A DNA stretch of 63,853 bases, filler included, from Caldilineae bacterium (GCA_037446815.1; 4 parts of 4 records of this genome joined end to end with filler, not necessarily neighbours in it), one strand, 5' to 3'; numbered from the whole stretch's first letter, positions 49,594 through 59,679 are shown. Numbers and translations are program-made. The notes: generated by a model not told the origin, from the letters alone.

Positions 49594-51792
49594 ATGGCAC
49601 GCCGAAAATCAGACCCAGCAACTGATGTCCCTTCGGGGCTCAACGCGGCCCGATACCGGCGAGAAATCGTCGCCGTCCTTCTGGTCGCCCTGGGGCTAGT
49701 TACCTTGCTCAGCCTCCTTTCCATCACCCGAGGCGCGTGGATCAATTGGTGGGCGCAAGGACTCCGTCGCGTCTTCGGGTGGGGTGCCTTTTTCGTGGCC
49801 GCGGGATTCGCGGCGATAGGTGTTTCCCTGCTCAAGCCGAGCCTGTGGGATCGCGTGTCCCAGCAATGGGACACCGTTGTGGGCTTGGAGTTGCTATTCC
49901 TGGGCGCGCTGGGGGTGTTTCACCTCCTCGGTGGCGGGCAGGATCCATTGGCGGCCGCCGACATGGGCCAAGGCGGCGGATACGTGGGGTGGGCGGTTAC
50001 GCGCCTGCTCACATCCTCTGTTGGGACGGCGGGGGCCTGGCTGGTGCTGGTGCTGGTCCTGTTGGGCGGGGCAGTGTTGGGGCTGGGGTTGAGCCCGCAG
50101 CACCTGGCCGCGGCCCGCGAGGAGGCAGCGCGGCTCGCCGAGACGATTCGGGGCCGCCTGCGCCGCGGGACCGAGGAGCCGGTCGTGAACCTGCCGCCCG
50201 CGACGCCCGCGCGGAAGCGCCGGTCGCTGCCGAAGGTCAAGGCCGAGGCCAAGCCCGTGGCCGAGCCGGAGCCAGCGCCCCAGCCGCGAGTTCGGCGGGC
50301 GAAAAACCTCCCGCCGATTGACCTGCTGGACCCAGGCTCGCCGCAGAAGTTCAGCGAAACCGATGCCCGCATGCGCGCGGCCATTATAGAGGAGACGCTG
50401 GCATCCTTCGGCGTGCCGGCCAAGGTGGTGGAAATCAACGTCGGGCCGGTGGTAACCCAGTTCGGCGTGGAACCCGGCTACATAGAAGCGCCTGGCTCCA
50501 ACGGCCATGTGCGCCAGCGCAAGGTGCGCGTGAGCAAAATCTATGGCCTGGCCAATGACTTGGCCCTGGCGCTGGCTGCCGCGCCCATTCGCATTGAGGC
50601 GCCCGTGCCCGGAAAGTCGCTCGTCGGCATTGAGGTCCCCAACGCCGACGTGAGCCTGGTCTCGCTGCGGTCGGTGTTGGAGTCGGACGCCTTCCGCAAG
50701 AGCAAGGGGCGGCTCAAAATCGCGCTGGGGCACAATGTGTCGGGCAAGCCCGTCTTTGCCGACCTGGCGGAGATGCCGCATCTGCTCATCGCGGGCGCGA
50801 CCGGATCGGGCAAATCCGTGTGCATCAACGCCATCGTGTCGTCGCTGATCTTCAACAACGGGCCCGACGCCGTGCGTCTGGTCATGATAGACCCGAAGAT
50901 GGTGGAACTGACCCGCTACAACGGGTTGCCCCATCTTATCGCGCCGGTGGTGGTGGAGTTGGAATCGGCCGTGGCCGCGCTGCGCTGGGTTACGTTCCAG
51001 ATGGACGAGCGCTACCGCAAGTTCGCGGCAGAGAAGGCGCGCCACCTGGAGGACTACAACCGCAAGATGGCGGCGCAGGGCCAGGATCCGTTGCCGCGCA
51101 TCGTGGTGGTGATTGACGAACTCGCCGACCTGATGATGATGAGTCCCGAGGAGGTGGAGCGTTCCATCTGCCGCATCGCGCAGATGGCGCGGGCCACGGG
51201 GATTCACCTGGTCATCGCGACCCAGCGGCCGTCGGTGGATGTGGTAACGGGCCTCATCAAGGCCAACTTCCCGGCCCGCATTTCGTTCGCCGTAACGTCG
51301 CAGGTGGACTCGCGGGTGATCCTGGACACGGCCGGGGCCGAGAAACTGCTGGGGCGCGGCGACATGCTGTTCATGGCGCCCGACTCCAGCCACCTGCAAC
51401 GGCTTCAGGGGTGCTTCGTCTCGGACCGCGAGGTGGATAACCTGGTCAAGTTCTGGGTGGAGGCGCTGCCCGCCGATGGCCCGCCGACGCCCGCGCCGTG
51501 GGCATCGCTGGAAGACGCGCAGGAGGAAGATGACCTGCTGGAGCAGGCCATCGCGCTGGTGCGGCAGACGGGGAGCGCCTCGGCGTCGCTGCTCCAGCGG
51601 CGGATGCGCATTGGCTATCCGCGGGCGGCGCGGCTGATTGACCTGATGGAGGAGCGGGGCATCATCGGCCCACCGGAGGTCGGGGGCAAGCCGAGGGAAG
51701 TGCTCCTGGACGATTTTGACGAGTTCTCGGACAACGGGACGCTGGATGGGGACGGCCCGCCGATGGGTGCGGGGTCGGGGACGCGCACATAA
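49594..51792 (+). CDS. ftsK: DNA translocase FtsK/SpoIIIE
   Basis: 4TM N-terminus, [31 protein letters not shown], gamma domain [11 protein letters not shown]. Confidence 0.97.
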   Translation: MARRKSDPATDVPSGLNAARYRREIVAVLLVALGLVTLLSLLSITRGAWINWWAQGLRRVFGWGAFFVAAGFAAIGVSLLKPSLWDRVSQQWDTVVGLELLFLGALGVFHLLGGGQDPLAAADMGQGGGYVGWAVTRLLTSSVGTAGAWLVLVLVLLGGAVLGLGLSPQHLAAAREEAARLAETIRGRLRRGTEEPVVNLPPATPARKRRSLPKVKAEAKPVAEPEPAPQPRVRRAKNLPPIDLLDPGSPQKFSETDARMRAAIIEETLASFGVPAKVVEINVGPVVTQFGVEPGYIEAPGSNGHVRQRKVRVSKIYGLANDLALALAAAPIRIEAPVPGKSLVGIEVPNADVSLVSLRSVLESDAFRKSKGRLKIALGHNVSGKPVFADLAEMPHLLIAGATGSGKSVCINAIVSSLIFNNGPDAVRLVMIDPKMVELTRYNGLPHLIAPVVVELESAVAALRWVTFQMDERYRKFAAEKARHLEDYNRKMAAQGQDPLPRIVVVIDELADLMMMSPEEVERSICRIAQMARATGIHLVIATQRPSVDVVTGLIKANFPARISFAVTSQVDSRVILDTAGAEKLLGRGDMLFMAPDSSHLQRLQGCFVSDREVDNLVKFWVEALPADGPPTPAPWASLEDAQEEDDLLEQAIALVRQTGSASASLLQRRMRIGYPRAARLIDLMEERGIIGPPEVGGKPREVLLDDFDEFSDNGTLDGDGPPMGAGSGTRT

Positions 51793-51821
51793 GCGCGCCG
51801 AAACGTGCTGCAGGAGGTTGC

Positions 51822-52067
51822 ATGGCGAAACAAGAAGGGCGACAGTCCAAGAAAAGGGAAGTCATTGAGGCGCAGGGCACCGTGGTGGAAACGTTGCCCA
51901 ATGCGCAATTCCGCGTTCAACTGGATTCCGGACACGAGGTGCTTGCGCACATCTCCGGCAAGATCCGCATGTACTACATCCGCATCCTACTGGGCGACCG
52001 CGTCCTCGTGGAACTGTCCCCGTACGACCTGACCCGCGGGCGCATCGTGTACCGCTACAAGAAGTAG
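51822..52067 (+). CDS. infA: Translation initiation factor IF-1
   Basis: [34 protein letters not shown]. Confidence 0.97.
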   Translation: MAKQEGRQSKKREVIEAQGTVVETLPNAQFRVQLDSGHEVLAHISGKIRMYYIRILLGDRVLVELSPYDLTRGRIVYRYKK

Positions 52068-52082
52068 GGCAGATTGTAGGTT

Positions 52083-52306
52083 GTAGGGGCAGGTCGCGGA
52101 CCTGCGCTGCTGCGACCTACGCCTATTGTCCCCATCCGTCATTTGGAACCGAACCGAGTCGGTTTCATCGTGTGTTGGTGAAACGCATGGATACTCTCCC
52201 CGTGTGTCGTTGCGAGCGAAGCGAAGCAACCTCACGCCCCAGAGATTGCTTCGGGCGCTCCGCGCCCTCGCAATGACAAATACCAACAGACTTTGGAACC
52301 GAACCG
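52083..52306. repeat. REP mosaic: family C plus 136-bp copy of 48586-48721, bounded by 15-bp direct repeats
   Basis: 52156-52291 nearly identical to 48586-48721; TTTGGAACCGAACCG at 52142 and 52292. Confidence 0.85.
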
Positions 52307-52312
52307 CCGAAC

Positions 52313-52341
52313 TTGACAGATAGCACAAATGTTCGTATACT
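52313..52341 (+). promoter_or_regulatory. Sigma70 promoter containing a candidate LexA (GAAC-N4-GTTC) box
   Basis: TTGACA-N17-TATACT; AGCACAAATGTTCG at 52322-52335 in the spacer. Confidence 0.65.
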
Positions 52342-52369
52342 ATCTCCAGAGGCATCGCGGAGGCTGGAG

Positions 52370-53509
52370 ATGGATACGCTGGCGAAACTCTCGGCCCTGG
52401 GCGAGGAGGCCCGATACGACCTGTGCTGCGGCGCGTGCGGCACCCAGGCAGGCCGCCGCAAGGATGACCTCGGGCGCTGGATTTACCCCGCCGTTATGCC
52501 CGACGGCAAGCGCGTGGCGCTCCTCAAGGTCTTGCAGACCAACGTGTGTGAGAACGATTGCTACTACTGCGCCACGCGGCGAAGCAACGACGTCCGCCGC
52601 ACCGCGTTCTCCCCCGACGAGTTGGCCCGCGCCTTTGAAGACCTGGCGCTCCATGGCCGCGTGCAGGGGCTGTTCCTCAGTTCGGGCGTGGCGGGGTCGG
52701 CGACGCGCGCCATGGATCGGATGCTGGCCACGGCAGAACTCGTGCGGCGGAAGCAGGGATTCCGGGGCTACATCCACCTGAAGATACTTCCTGGCGCCAG
52801 CCGCGCCCATGTGGAGCAGGCCATGCTCCTAGCCGACCGCGTGTCGGTGAACCTGGAAGCGCCGGGGCCGGAACGGCTGAGCCGCATCGCGCCCGACAAG
52901 GATTTCTTCAACGGGCTGATACAGATGATGCAGTGGGTTCACCAGATTCGCCAGAGCCGCGAGGAACTGAGCCGGGTGAGCCAGACGACCCAGTTGGTGG
53001 TGGGCGCGGCGCAGGAATCGGACGCCGAAATCCTGGGCATGGCGGCGCGCCTGTATCGCGACTTCGGCCTGTCGCGGGTGTACTACAGCGCGTTCCAGCC
53101 ACAGCCGGGCACGCCCCTGGCCGCCCTGCCCCCGACGCCGCCCCTCCGCGAGCATCGCCTGTACCAGTGTGACTTCCTGCTGCGCCAGTACGGCTTCGCG
53201 CTGGACGACCTGCCCTTTGACGGGGCGGGCTTCCTTGCGCTGTCCGCCGACCCCAAGACGCTCTGGGCCATGCGGCATCCCCAGTACTTCCCGATTGAGG
53301 TCAACCGCGCCGACGTGCAGCATCTCTTGCGGGTGCCCGGCATCGGCCCCAAATCGGCGGCGCAAGTGGTGCAAGCCCGGAAGCAAGGCCGCATCCGCAC
53401 GCTGCGCGATCTCAGGAAACTCGGCGCCGACGCGGAGCGGGCCGCGCCCTACGTGCTCCTGGACGGCAAGCGCCCGCCCTATCAACTTCCGCTGTGGGAT
53501 TGCGCATGA
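52370..53509 (+). CDS. Putative DNA modification/repair radical SAM protein with C-terminal HhH (TIGR03916-like)
   Basis: YDLCC, LLKVL.TN.CENDCYYC, GLFLSSG, GYIHLKI, REHRLYQ.D.LLR.YGF and LLRVPGIG. Confidence 0.9.
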   Translation: MDTLAKLSALGEEARYDLCCGACGTQAGRRKDDLGRWIYPAVMPDGKRVALLKVLQTNVCENDCYYCATRRSNDVRRTAFSPDELARAFEDLALHGRVQGLFLSSGVAGSATRAMDRMLATAELVRRKQGFRGYIHLKILPGASRAHVEQAMLLADRVSVNLEAPGPERLSRIAPDKDFFNGLIQMMQWVHQIRQSREELSRVSQTTQLVVGAAQESDAEILGMAARLYRDFGLSRVYYSAFQPQPGTPLAALPPTPPLREHRLYQCDFLLRQYGFALDDLPFDGAGFLALSADPKTLWAMRHPQYFPIEVNRADVQHLLRVPGIGPKSAAQVVQARKQGRIRTLRDLRKLGADAERAAPYVLLDGKRPPYQLPLWDCA

Positions 53510-54387
53510 CCGGGTGGGATGGGGGTATGTCCGAACTGACGCTCGCGCAATTGCAGTCGTGGCGGGATGAGCGCTACCGGCGGTTGCCGCGCCTTCGCGT
53601 GCGCACCGAGGATGAGGCGCTCGCCTTCTTGAACGATGTGCGGCTTGCGAACCTGTTCTCGGCGGCGGACATGGAACTGCCGAGTTTGTGGGAGGCAATA
53701 TGCGGCGGCCGCCGCCCAATCCCCGAGCACCACAACGACTACGAACTGGGCCTCGCCTGGGATTGGAAGGACACCCTCCCGGCGCGGAAGGCCATCCTGT
53801 ACGGCAAGTTCCTTCGCAATAAGCCCGTCTTCATCGCGCTGGATTTGGCGCCCCACTTCTATGCGCTGTCGGGGAATTTCGGCGAGTTGGACGACTACCT
53901 GCAGGAGTACGAAGAGGGCCGGCTCAGCGAGGAAGCCCGGCGCGTGTACGAGGCGCTGCTGGCCCACGGCGCCCTGCCCACAAGCCACCTGCGGCGCGAG
54001 GCGCGGCTGGCAAGCAAGGACAACGCCCCGCGATTTGACCGCGCCCTGGCCGAACTCCAGATGGGATTCAAAATCGTCAAGGTGGGGATATCCGACGCCA
54101 ACCGCTGGGGCTACTGCTACGTGTACGATGTGTTCATCCGCCAGTTCCCCGACGTGGTGGCGCAATCGCGCGCCATCTCGGAGAACCAAGCCGCCGATGC
54201 CATACTCACGCGCTACCTGGCCACGGTGGGCGCGTCCACGCCTGCGCAACTCCTGCGCTTGTTCGGCTGGGAGCCCTGGCGGCTGGAGCGCAGTCTGGAT
54301 CGGCTGGCGCGGGCGGGAGTCATCCGCACCGGCATTCGCCTGGGCGAGGCGCGCGATGGCGTGGCCCACGCCGCCCTTCTGGGATAG
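53506..54387 (+). CDS. AlkZ/YcaQ-related winged-helix protein (putative DNA glycosylase)
   Basis: EALAFLN, LPSLWEA, W.WKD.L, YGK....P.FI and a winged-helix-like C-half; ATGA overlap with the radical SAM stop (alternative start 53527). Confidence 0.65.
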   Translation: MTGWDGGMSELTLAQLQSWRDERYRRLPRLRVRTEDEALAFLNDVRLANLFSAADMELPSLWEAICGGRRPIPEHHNDYELGLAWDWKDTLPARKAILYGKFLRNKPVFIALDLAPHFYALSGNFGELDDYLQEYEEGRLSEEARRVYEALLAHGALPTSHLRREARLASKDNAPRFDRALAELQMGFKIVKVGISDANRWGYCYVYDVFIRQFPDVVAQSRAISENQAADAILTRYLATVGASTPAQLLRLFGWEPWRLERSLDRLARAGVIRTGIRLGEARDGVAHAALLG

Positions 54388-54419
54388 CCGCGCGTCTCGG
54401 CCCGTCGGCATCGGATGGC

Positions 54420-55082
54420 CTAGCGCGACGATGTGGCTCCCGGCGAGGGATGGGACTCGTTGGCATTGTTGACCGCAACGCGCTGGCCGATCTTGCGCTC
54501 GGTGCCTTGGAGCAGGCGGCGGATGTTGGGCCGGTGGGCCAGGATCACCACGGCGCTCATCACCGCGGAGGCCGCAAGGTATGCGACGGGAACCCGATGC
54601 CCAAGCCACTGGATGGCCATACCTATCGGGAACAGCACCGACAGGGTCAGCGACCCCAATGAGGCGTAGCGCGACACGGCCATGACCGCGAGGCCGACGG
54701 GCAGCAGAAGCCCCGCCACGGGAAGCGACAGAACGGCCGTCGCGCCGACCATGGGGGCCACGCCGGCCCCGCCCTTGAACTTCAGCGTGAACGTGTAATT
54801 GTGGCCGAGCACGGCGAACACCGCTGCCGCCGCATGGCCCGCGGGCGGAGCGCCCAGCGCCTTCGCCAGCCAGACCGCCGCCATGCCCTTGAGCACGTCG
54901 CTCGCGGCGGTTACCAGCGCCGGCAGCCAGCCCAGCGTGCGCAGGACGTTGGTTCCGCCCGTGCGCCCGCTCCCGAATCTGCGGATGTCAATGCGGTGGA
55001 TGCGGCCCATCAGGTAGCCCGTGGGGAATGATCCCAGCAGGTACCCCGCCGCCGCCGAAACGCCTATGAGAACCCAGTCCAA
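54420..55082 (-). CDS. plsY: Glycerol-3-phosphate acyltransferase PlsY
   Basis: YLLGSFP, DIR.FGSG.TGGTN..R, DVLKG, GHNY, FKGGAGVA and HRPNI.RL..GTE. Confidence 0.93.
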   Translation of the reverse strand: MDWVLIGVSAAAGYLLGSFPTGYLMGRIHRIDIRRFGSGRTGGTNVLRTLGWLPALVTAASDVLKGMAAVWLAKALGAPPAGHAAAAVFAVLGHNYTFTLKFKGGAGVAPMVGATAVLSLPVAGLLLPVGLAVMAVSRYASLGSLTLSVLFPIGMAIQWLGHRVPVAYLAASAVMSAVVILAHRPNIRRLLQGTERKIGQRVAVNNANESHPSPGATSSR

Positions 55083-55108
55083 TGCCCTGCCCCCCTTTCT
55101 GTACCCTG

Positions 55109-55140
55109 TACAACACGGCTGGGCGGGGCAAGTTGCGGGG
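55109..55140 (-). promoter_or_regulatory. Candidate ECF-type promoter shared with 62304-62335
   Basis: Minus strand CCCCGCAAC-N12-GCCGTGTTGTA. Confidence 0.6.
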
Positions 55141-55426
55141 TTGTCATTGCAAGGGCACGCAGCGCCCGAGGCAATGTCGCCCACCCGCACCCCGGCCTAT
55201 TCGTGTGGATTCGCGGTTCGGGCGCTGTCATTCTGAGCGGCGAAGCCGCGAAGAATCTCGTAGAGCAAGTTGGCAACTTGCTCTACTCTGCCCAATCCGT
55301 GGCATCCGCGGATACAAACCTCCGGGCAGGCCAGCACACCGTGGAACCGCGCCCATCGCGCGATTCGGCTCCCAAAGTCTGTTGGCATCTACTGTCATTC
55401 TGAGCGGCGAAGCCGCGAAGAATCTC
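55141..55426. repeat. REP mosaic (inverted family B half, two family A halves, 27-bp GTAG...CTAC palindrome)
   Basis: Family A at 55227 and 55394; GTAGAGCAAGTTGGCAACTTGCTCTAC at 55260-55286. Confidence 0.85.
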
Positions 55427-55526
55427 NNNNNNNNNNNNNNNNNNNNNNNNNNNNNNNNNNNNNNNNNNNNTTAATTAATTAANNNNNNNNNNNNNNNNNN
55501 NNNNNNNNNNNNNNNNNNNNNNNNNN
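55427..55526. other. Artificial contig linker
   Basis: N44-TTAATTAATTAA-N44. Confidence 0.97.
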
Positions 55527-55663
55527 TGGTGGGGTTCATCGTGCTGCTGTACCTCTTGGGCGCGTTGAGCCTGTGGGCGCGGAACCGATTTCTGCGGGAA
55601 ACGCCCCCGCTCCCCGCCGTCGTCAGAATTGAGACGGAGGGCGCGAACCTCTGCACATTTGTT

Positions 55664-55691
55664 TTGACAAAGGTGCCGTTCGGCGTATAAT
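55664..55691 (+). promoter_or_regulatory. Sigma70 promoter
   Basis: TTGACA-N16-TATAAT. Confidence 0.7.
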
Positions 55692-55756
55692 GGCTTGGCG
55701 CGCGCCAGCGCAGCCCTGAGCGGCCATTCGCGCCGCAGAAGGTAGAGGACAGAACC

Positions 55757-56827
55757 GTGGATTGCAAAGAGTTTCTTCAACGTCTCTCCGAGGCGGCCGG
55801 GCCTTCCGGCTACGAGCGCGCCATCCGCGAATTGGTGGCCGAGGAGTTTCGGCGCTACGCCCATGATGTCCAAATGCACAAGATGGGGAGCGTGATTGCG
55901 CTCCGTCGCGGCGATGGCGAAGAGCCACGTCGCCGCATCCTGCTGGCCGGACACATGGACGAGGTCGCCCTGATGGTCAGCAAGATGGACGAGGGCTTCC
56001 TTCACGTGGCCGAGGTGGGCGGCCTGGATCCCCGCATCCTCCCCGGCCAGGAAGTCATCGTGCACGGGCGCAGGGAACTCCCCGGCATCATCGGCGCGCG
56101 CCCGCCCCATGTCGTAACCCCCGAGGAACGCAACAAGGTCATCCCCCTGCACGAACTGCTGGTGGATGTGGCCCTGCCGCCGGAAGAAGTGAGCCAATGG
56201 GTGCGCGTGGGCGACCTGGTTACCTTCCGCCGCCCGTTCATCCCGCTCCAGAAGGATTGGGTCGCGGGCAAGTCCTTTGACGACCGCGTGGGGGTAGTCG
56301 TCGTCGGCGAGTGCCTGTCCAACCTGGCCGAGCGGTGGAAACACAGTTGGGATGTGTACGGCGTCGCCACGTGCCAGGAGGAGGTAACCTTCCTCGGCGC
56401 CATCACCACCACCTACGGGATTCGGCCCGACATCGCCATCGCCATTGACGTTACCTTCGGCTCCATGGGCGACTCCGCCGATGGCGAGAACTTCCAGATG
56501 GGCGGCGGCCCGGCCATCGGGTACGGGCCGAACGTCCACCCGAAGATTCACCAGATGCTGGTGGAAACGGCCAAGAAATTGGAAATCCCCTACCAGATAG
56601 AACCCCTGCCGAGGGGGTCCGGCACCGACGCCTGGCCTATGCAGGTTTCTCGCGAGGGCATCCCCACGGGCGTCATCGGCGTGCCCCTGCGCTACATGCA
56701 CACGCCGGTGGAGACGGTGTGCGTAACCGACATTGAGCGTGCGGGCCGACTGCTGGCGGCGTTCATCGCCGGCCTGGACGCTTCCACCATGGAGAAATTG
56801 ACCCCGCGCCTGGACGTAGAGGCGTAG
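55757..56827 (+). CDS. M42 family (TET) aminopeptidase 1
   Basis: GHMDE, FDDR, QEEV, AIDV, GTDA, YMH. Confidence 0.95.
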   Translation: MDCKEFLQRLSEAAGPSGYERAIRELVAEEFRRYAHDVQMHKMGSVIALRRGDGEEPRRRILLAGHMDEVALMVSKMDEGFLHVAEVGGLDPRILPGQEVIVHGRRELPGIIGARPPHVVTPEERNKVIPLHELLVDVALPPEEVSQWVRVGDLVTFRRPFIPLQKDWVAGKSFDDRVGVVVVGECLSNLAERWKHSWDVYGVATCQEEVTFLGAITTTYGIRPDIAIAIDVTFGSMGDSADGENFQMGGGPAIGYGPNVHPKIHQMLVETAKKLEIPYQIEPLPRGSGTDAWPMQVSREGIPTGVIGVPLRYMHTPVETVCVTDIERAGRLLAAFIAGLDASTMEKLTPRLDVEA

Positions 56828-56852
56828 CGCGTTGGCGAGAGTGGAGGGAGAT

Positions 56853-57899
56853 GTGACACTGCTGAAAGAATTGTCGGAGGCCCGCGGCGTCTCGGGGCGC
56901 GAGGACGAAATCCGATCCATCCTGTTCCGGCACATCCGCGAGCACATAGACGAGCACCGCGTGGACGCGCTGGGCAACCTTATCGCCGTGCGCAAGGCGC
57001 GAGTGCCTGCGGGTGCGCCCGTGCCCCGCAAGGTCATGCTGGCGGCCCACATGGACGAGGTCGGCCTCATGATCACGGAAATCACCAAGAGCGGGCTGTT
57101 GCGATTCCAGCCGACGGGCGGCATTGACCCGCGGCTGCTCCTGGCGAAGAAGGTGCTCATCGGCGACAACAAGGTGCCGGGCGTCATCGGCGTCAAGCCT
57201 ATTCACAAACTCAAGGCCGAGGAGTTGGAGCAAGTCCCCAAGTACGAGCAGTTGACCATTGACATCGGCGTTACCACCCAGTCGGCGGCCGAGGCGCTCA
57301 CTCACGTGGGCGACTACGCCACCTTTGACACGGCCTACGAGGAATTGGGGCCTTTCGCCAAGGGCAAGGCCTTTGACGATCGCGCCGGGTGCGCGGTGCT
57401 GGTGGAACTCCTGAAGCACGACTACCCGTTTGACCTCCACGCCGTGTTCACGGTGCAGGAGGAAGTCGGTCTTCGGGGCGCGCGCGTGGCGGCCTACAGC
57501 GTGGAGCCCGATTGCGCCATCGCCCTGGAGGGCACCATCGCCGACGACCTGCCCAAGAAAAAGGACGTCAGCCCGACGAGTCGGCTGGGCGGCGGGCCGG
57601 TGCTCACCGTCATGGACCGCACCTTCATCGCCCACGCCGGAATGCTCCGCCACACCATCGCGGTGGCCGAGAAGCACGGGATTCCCTATCAGTTCAAGCA
57701 GCCGGGCATCGGCGGCACCGACGCGGGGGCGATTCACCTGACCCGCGAGGGCATCCCATCGCTCACCATCGCCGTCCCGTGTCGGTACATCCACTCGCCA
57801 GTGGCGTTGCTGTACATCAAGGACTTTGAGCACACGATAACCCTGGTGCGCGAAACCCTGCGCACCCTGACCCTGGACATCATTCGGCCCGAAGCCTAG
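56853..57899 (+). CDS. M42 family (TET) aminopeptidase 2
   Basis: AHMDE, FDDR, QEEVG, ALEG, GTDA, YIH; start uncertain (56832 or 56853). Confidence 0.95.
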   Translation: MTLLKELSEARGVSGREDEIRSILFRHIREHIDEHRVDALGNLIAVRKARVPAGAPVPRKVMLAAHMDEVGLMITEITKSGLLRFQPTGGIDPRLLLAKKVLIGDNKVPGVIGVKPIHKLKAEELEQVPKYEQLTIDIGVTTQSAAEALTHVGDYATFDTAYEELGPFAKGKAFDDRAGCAVLVELLKHDYPFDLHAVFTVQEEVGLRGARVAAYSVEPDCAIALEGTIADDLPKKKDVSPTSRLGGGPVLTVMDRTFIAHAGMLRHTIAVAEKHGIPYQFKQPGIGGTDAGAIHLTREGIPSLTIAVPCRYIHSPVALLYIKDFEHTITLVRETLRTLTLDIIRPEA

Positions 57900-57950
57900 C
57901 GTGCGAATGGAGCACGCTTCAGCGATAGGCAGCCTGAAGGAGGCAAATCG

Positions 57951-58946
57951 GTGAAAGAACTGGTGAAGAGATTGACGGAAGCCTACGGCCCTTCCGGGTT
58001 TGAGGCCCAGGTGCGGGCCATCATCGCCGCCGAGGTGAAGGGCCTTGCCGATGAAGTGCGCACCGATGGCATCGGCAACCTGTTCGTCCTGAAGAAAGGG
58101 CGCGACAGCAGCCATCGGGCGCTGGTGGCGGCCCACATGGACGAAATCGGCGTCATGGTAACGCACATAGACAAAGACGGCTTCGCGCGGTTCACCCGCA
58201 TCGGCGGGGTGAGGCCACTGGGCCTGCCGGGGGCGCGGGTGGTCTTCGCCAACGGCCTGGTCGGGAGCATCGGTCTGGAGAAACTGGAGGACCGCACCAA
58301 AGTCCCCGACCTGGACAAAATGTTCATAGACGTGGGCGCCAAAGATAAGGACACGTGCCCCGTGAAGGTGGGGGATGCCGCCACCTTCTGGCAGCCGTTC
58401 GCGGCGCAGCATGGCCGCTGGATCGCCAAGGCGTTTGACGACCGCATCGGGTGCGCCGTCCTCATTGAAACCCTGCGCGCCTTGCCCAAGCCTGCCTACG
58501 ACACCTACTTCGTGTTCACGGCGCAGGAGGAAGTCGGCGTGCGCGGGGCCACGGTGGCCGCCTTCGGCGTGGAGCCCGACTACGCCATCGCCGTGGACGT
58601 AACGCCGACGGGCGACACGCCCGAAAGCCATCCCATCGCCGCGGGAATCGGCAAAGGCCCTGCCATCAAGGTCATGGACCGCGGGATGATCGTGCACCAG
58701 GGGCTGAAGGACTGGATGATTCGGACTGCCGAAGAGGCGGGCATCCGCTACCAACTGGAGGTGCTGGAGTTCGGCTCCACCGACGCCATGGCCATGCAGA
58801 CGACGAGGGAAGGCGTCCCCGCCGGAGTCCTGTCCATCCCGACGCGCCACGTGCACTCGCCGTCCGAGATGGTGGACGAGGGCGACGTTCAGGATTCCGT
58901 CAAGTTGCTGGCGGCGCTGCTGTCCCGCCCCGTATCGCTGGAATAG
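57951..58946 (+). CDS. M42 family (TET) aminopeptidase 3
   Basis: AHMDE, FDDR, QEEVG, AVDV, STDA, HVH. Confidence 0.95.
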   Translation: MKELVKRLTEAYGPSGFEAQVRAIIAAEVKGLADEVRTDGIGNLFVLKKGRDSSHRALVAAHMDEIGVMVTHIDKDGFARFTRIGGVRPLGLPGARVVFANGLVGSIGLEKLEDRTKVPDLDKMFIDVGAKDKDTCPVKVGDAATFWQPFAAQHGRWIAKAFDDRIGCAVLIETLRALPKPAYDTYFVFTAQEEVGVRGATVAAFGVEPDYAIAVDVTPTGDTPESHPIAAGIGKGPAIKVMDRGMIVHQGLKDWMIRTAEEAGIRYQLEVLEFGSTDAMAMQTTREGVPAGVLSIPTRHVHSPSEMVDEGDVQDSVKLLAALLSRPVSLE

Positions 58947-58971
58947 CCAGAATCTACCGCAACAGGAATCA

Positions 58972-59003
58972 CGGGGAGTCCAATGGGCTCCCCGTTTTCT
59001 TTT
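58972..59003 (+). terminator. Intrinsic terminator
   Basis: CGGGGAGTCC-AATG-GGCTCCCCG followed by TTTTCTTTT. Confidence 0.8.
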
Positions 59004-59024
59004 GCGCCGGTACCTGCCTGCGGC

Positions 59025-59450
59025 CTACGGGATAATGAGGCACTGCCCCGCACGGATGTAGTTGATGTTGCAGATGTGGTTAGCCCTGGCAATGGCCCAG
59101 ACGGAGGTCCCGTACATGCGCGCGATGCCGAACAGGGTCTCGCCCCAGCGGACGACGTGGCACGTCGGGCGCGGGCCGGGATGCCACGGGCCGGGCGGGC
59201 ACGGGATGAGCAGAACCTGGCCGGCGTAGATGCGGTTGGGGTTCCAGATACCGTTGGCGGCGGCGATGGCCTGGACCGTCGTGCCGTAGCGCCATGCGAT
59301 GCGCGTGAGCGTCTCGCCCCGGCAGACGACGTGATAGCGCGGGCCGCACGGATACCCGGGGTCGGCGGCGCTGGCGGTCGCGGGGCCGAGAGCGAGCAGA
59401 AGCATGACGCCGATGAGCAGAGCCACGAGGAAGATGCGAAGGCGCTTCAT
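59025..59450 (-). CDS. Secreted protein with two LysM domains
   Basis: Signal peptide; two HVV..GETL..IA..YGT....IA.AN...N.N.I.AGQ.L.IP repeats. Confidence 0.93.
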   Translation of the reverse strand: MKRLRIFLVALLIGVMLLLALGPATASAADPGYPCGPRYHVVCRGETLTRIAWRYGTTVQAIAAANGIWNPNRIYAGQVLLIPCPPGPWHPGPRPTCHVVRWGETLFGIARMYGTSVWAIARANHICNINYIRAGQCLIIP

Positions 59451-59527
59451 GTCCCCCTCCTTAAAGAACTGCTCGTGAAACGCGAAGGGTCAACCAGGCT
59501 TTCCGAGGCACCAACAATACATAAACA

Positions 59528-59572
59528 ATTATACCCCAATTGACGTAATTCGTCAAGTGGGAATTGACATAA
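59528..59572 (-). promoter_or_regulatory. Sigma70 promoter with palindromic operator over the -35
   Basis: Minus strand TTGACG-N17-TATAAT; TTGACG-N5-CGTCAA palindrome at 59540-59556. Confidence 0.65.
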
Positions 59573-59679
59573 GGATTCGTCCCAACCGAGGTGTGGGGAC
59601 AACGTGCGGCGCCCGAGGTACACCGCGCGGGGCTAAACCCCCGCGCTGAGACAAGAAACTCCACAAGGGCTCGCCCCCA

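Noticed and set aside
55527..55690. Hydrophobic open frame at contig start (VGFIVLLYLLGALSLWARN...)
   Set aside because: Possibly a truncated membrane gene end, too short to assign.
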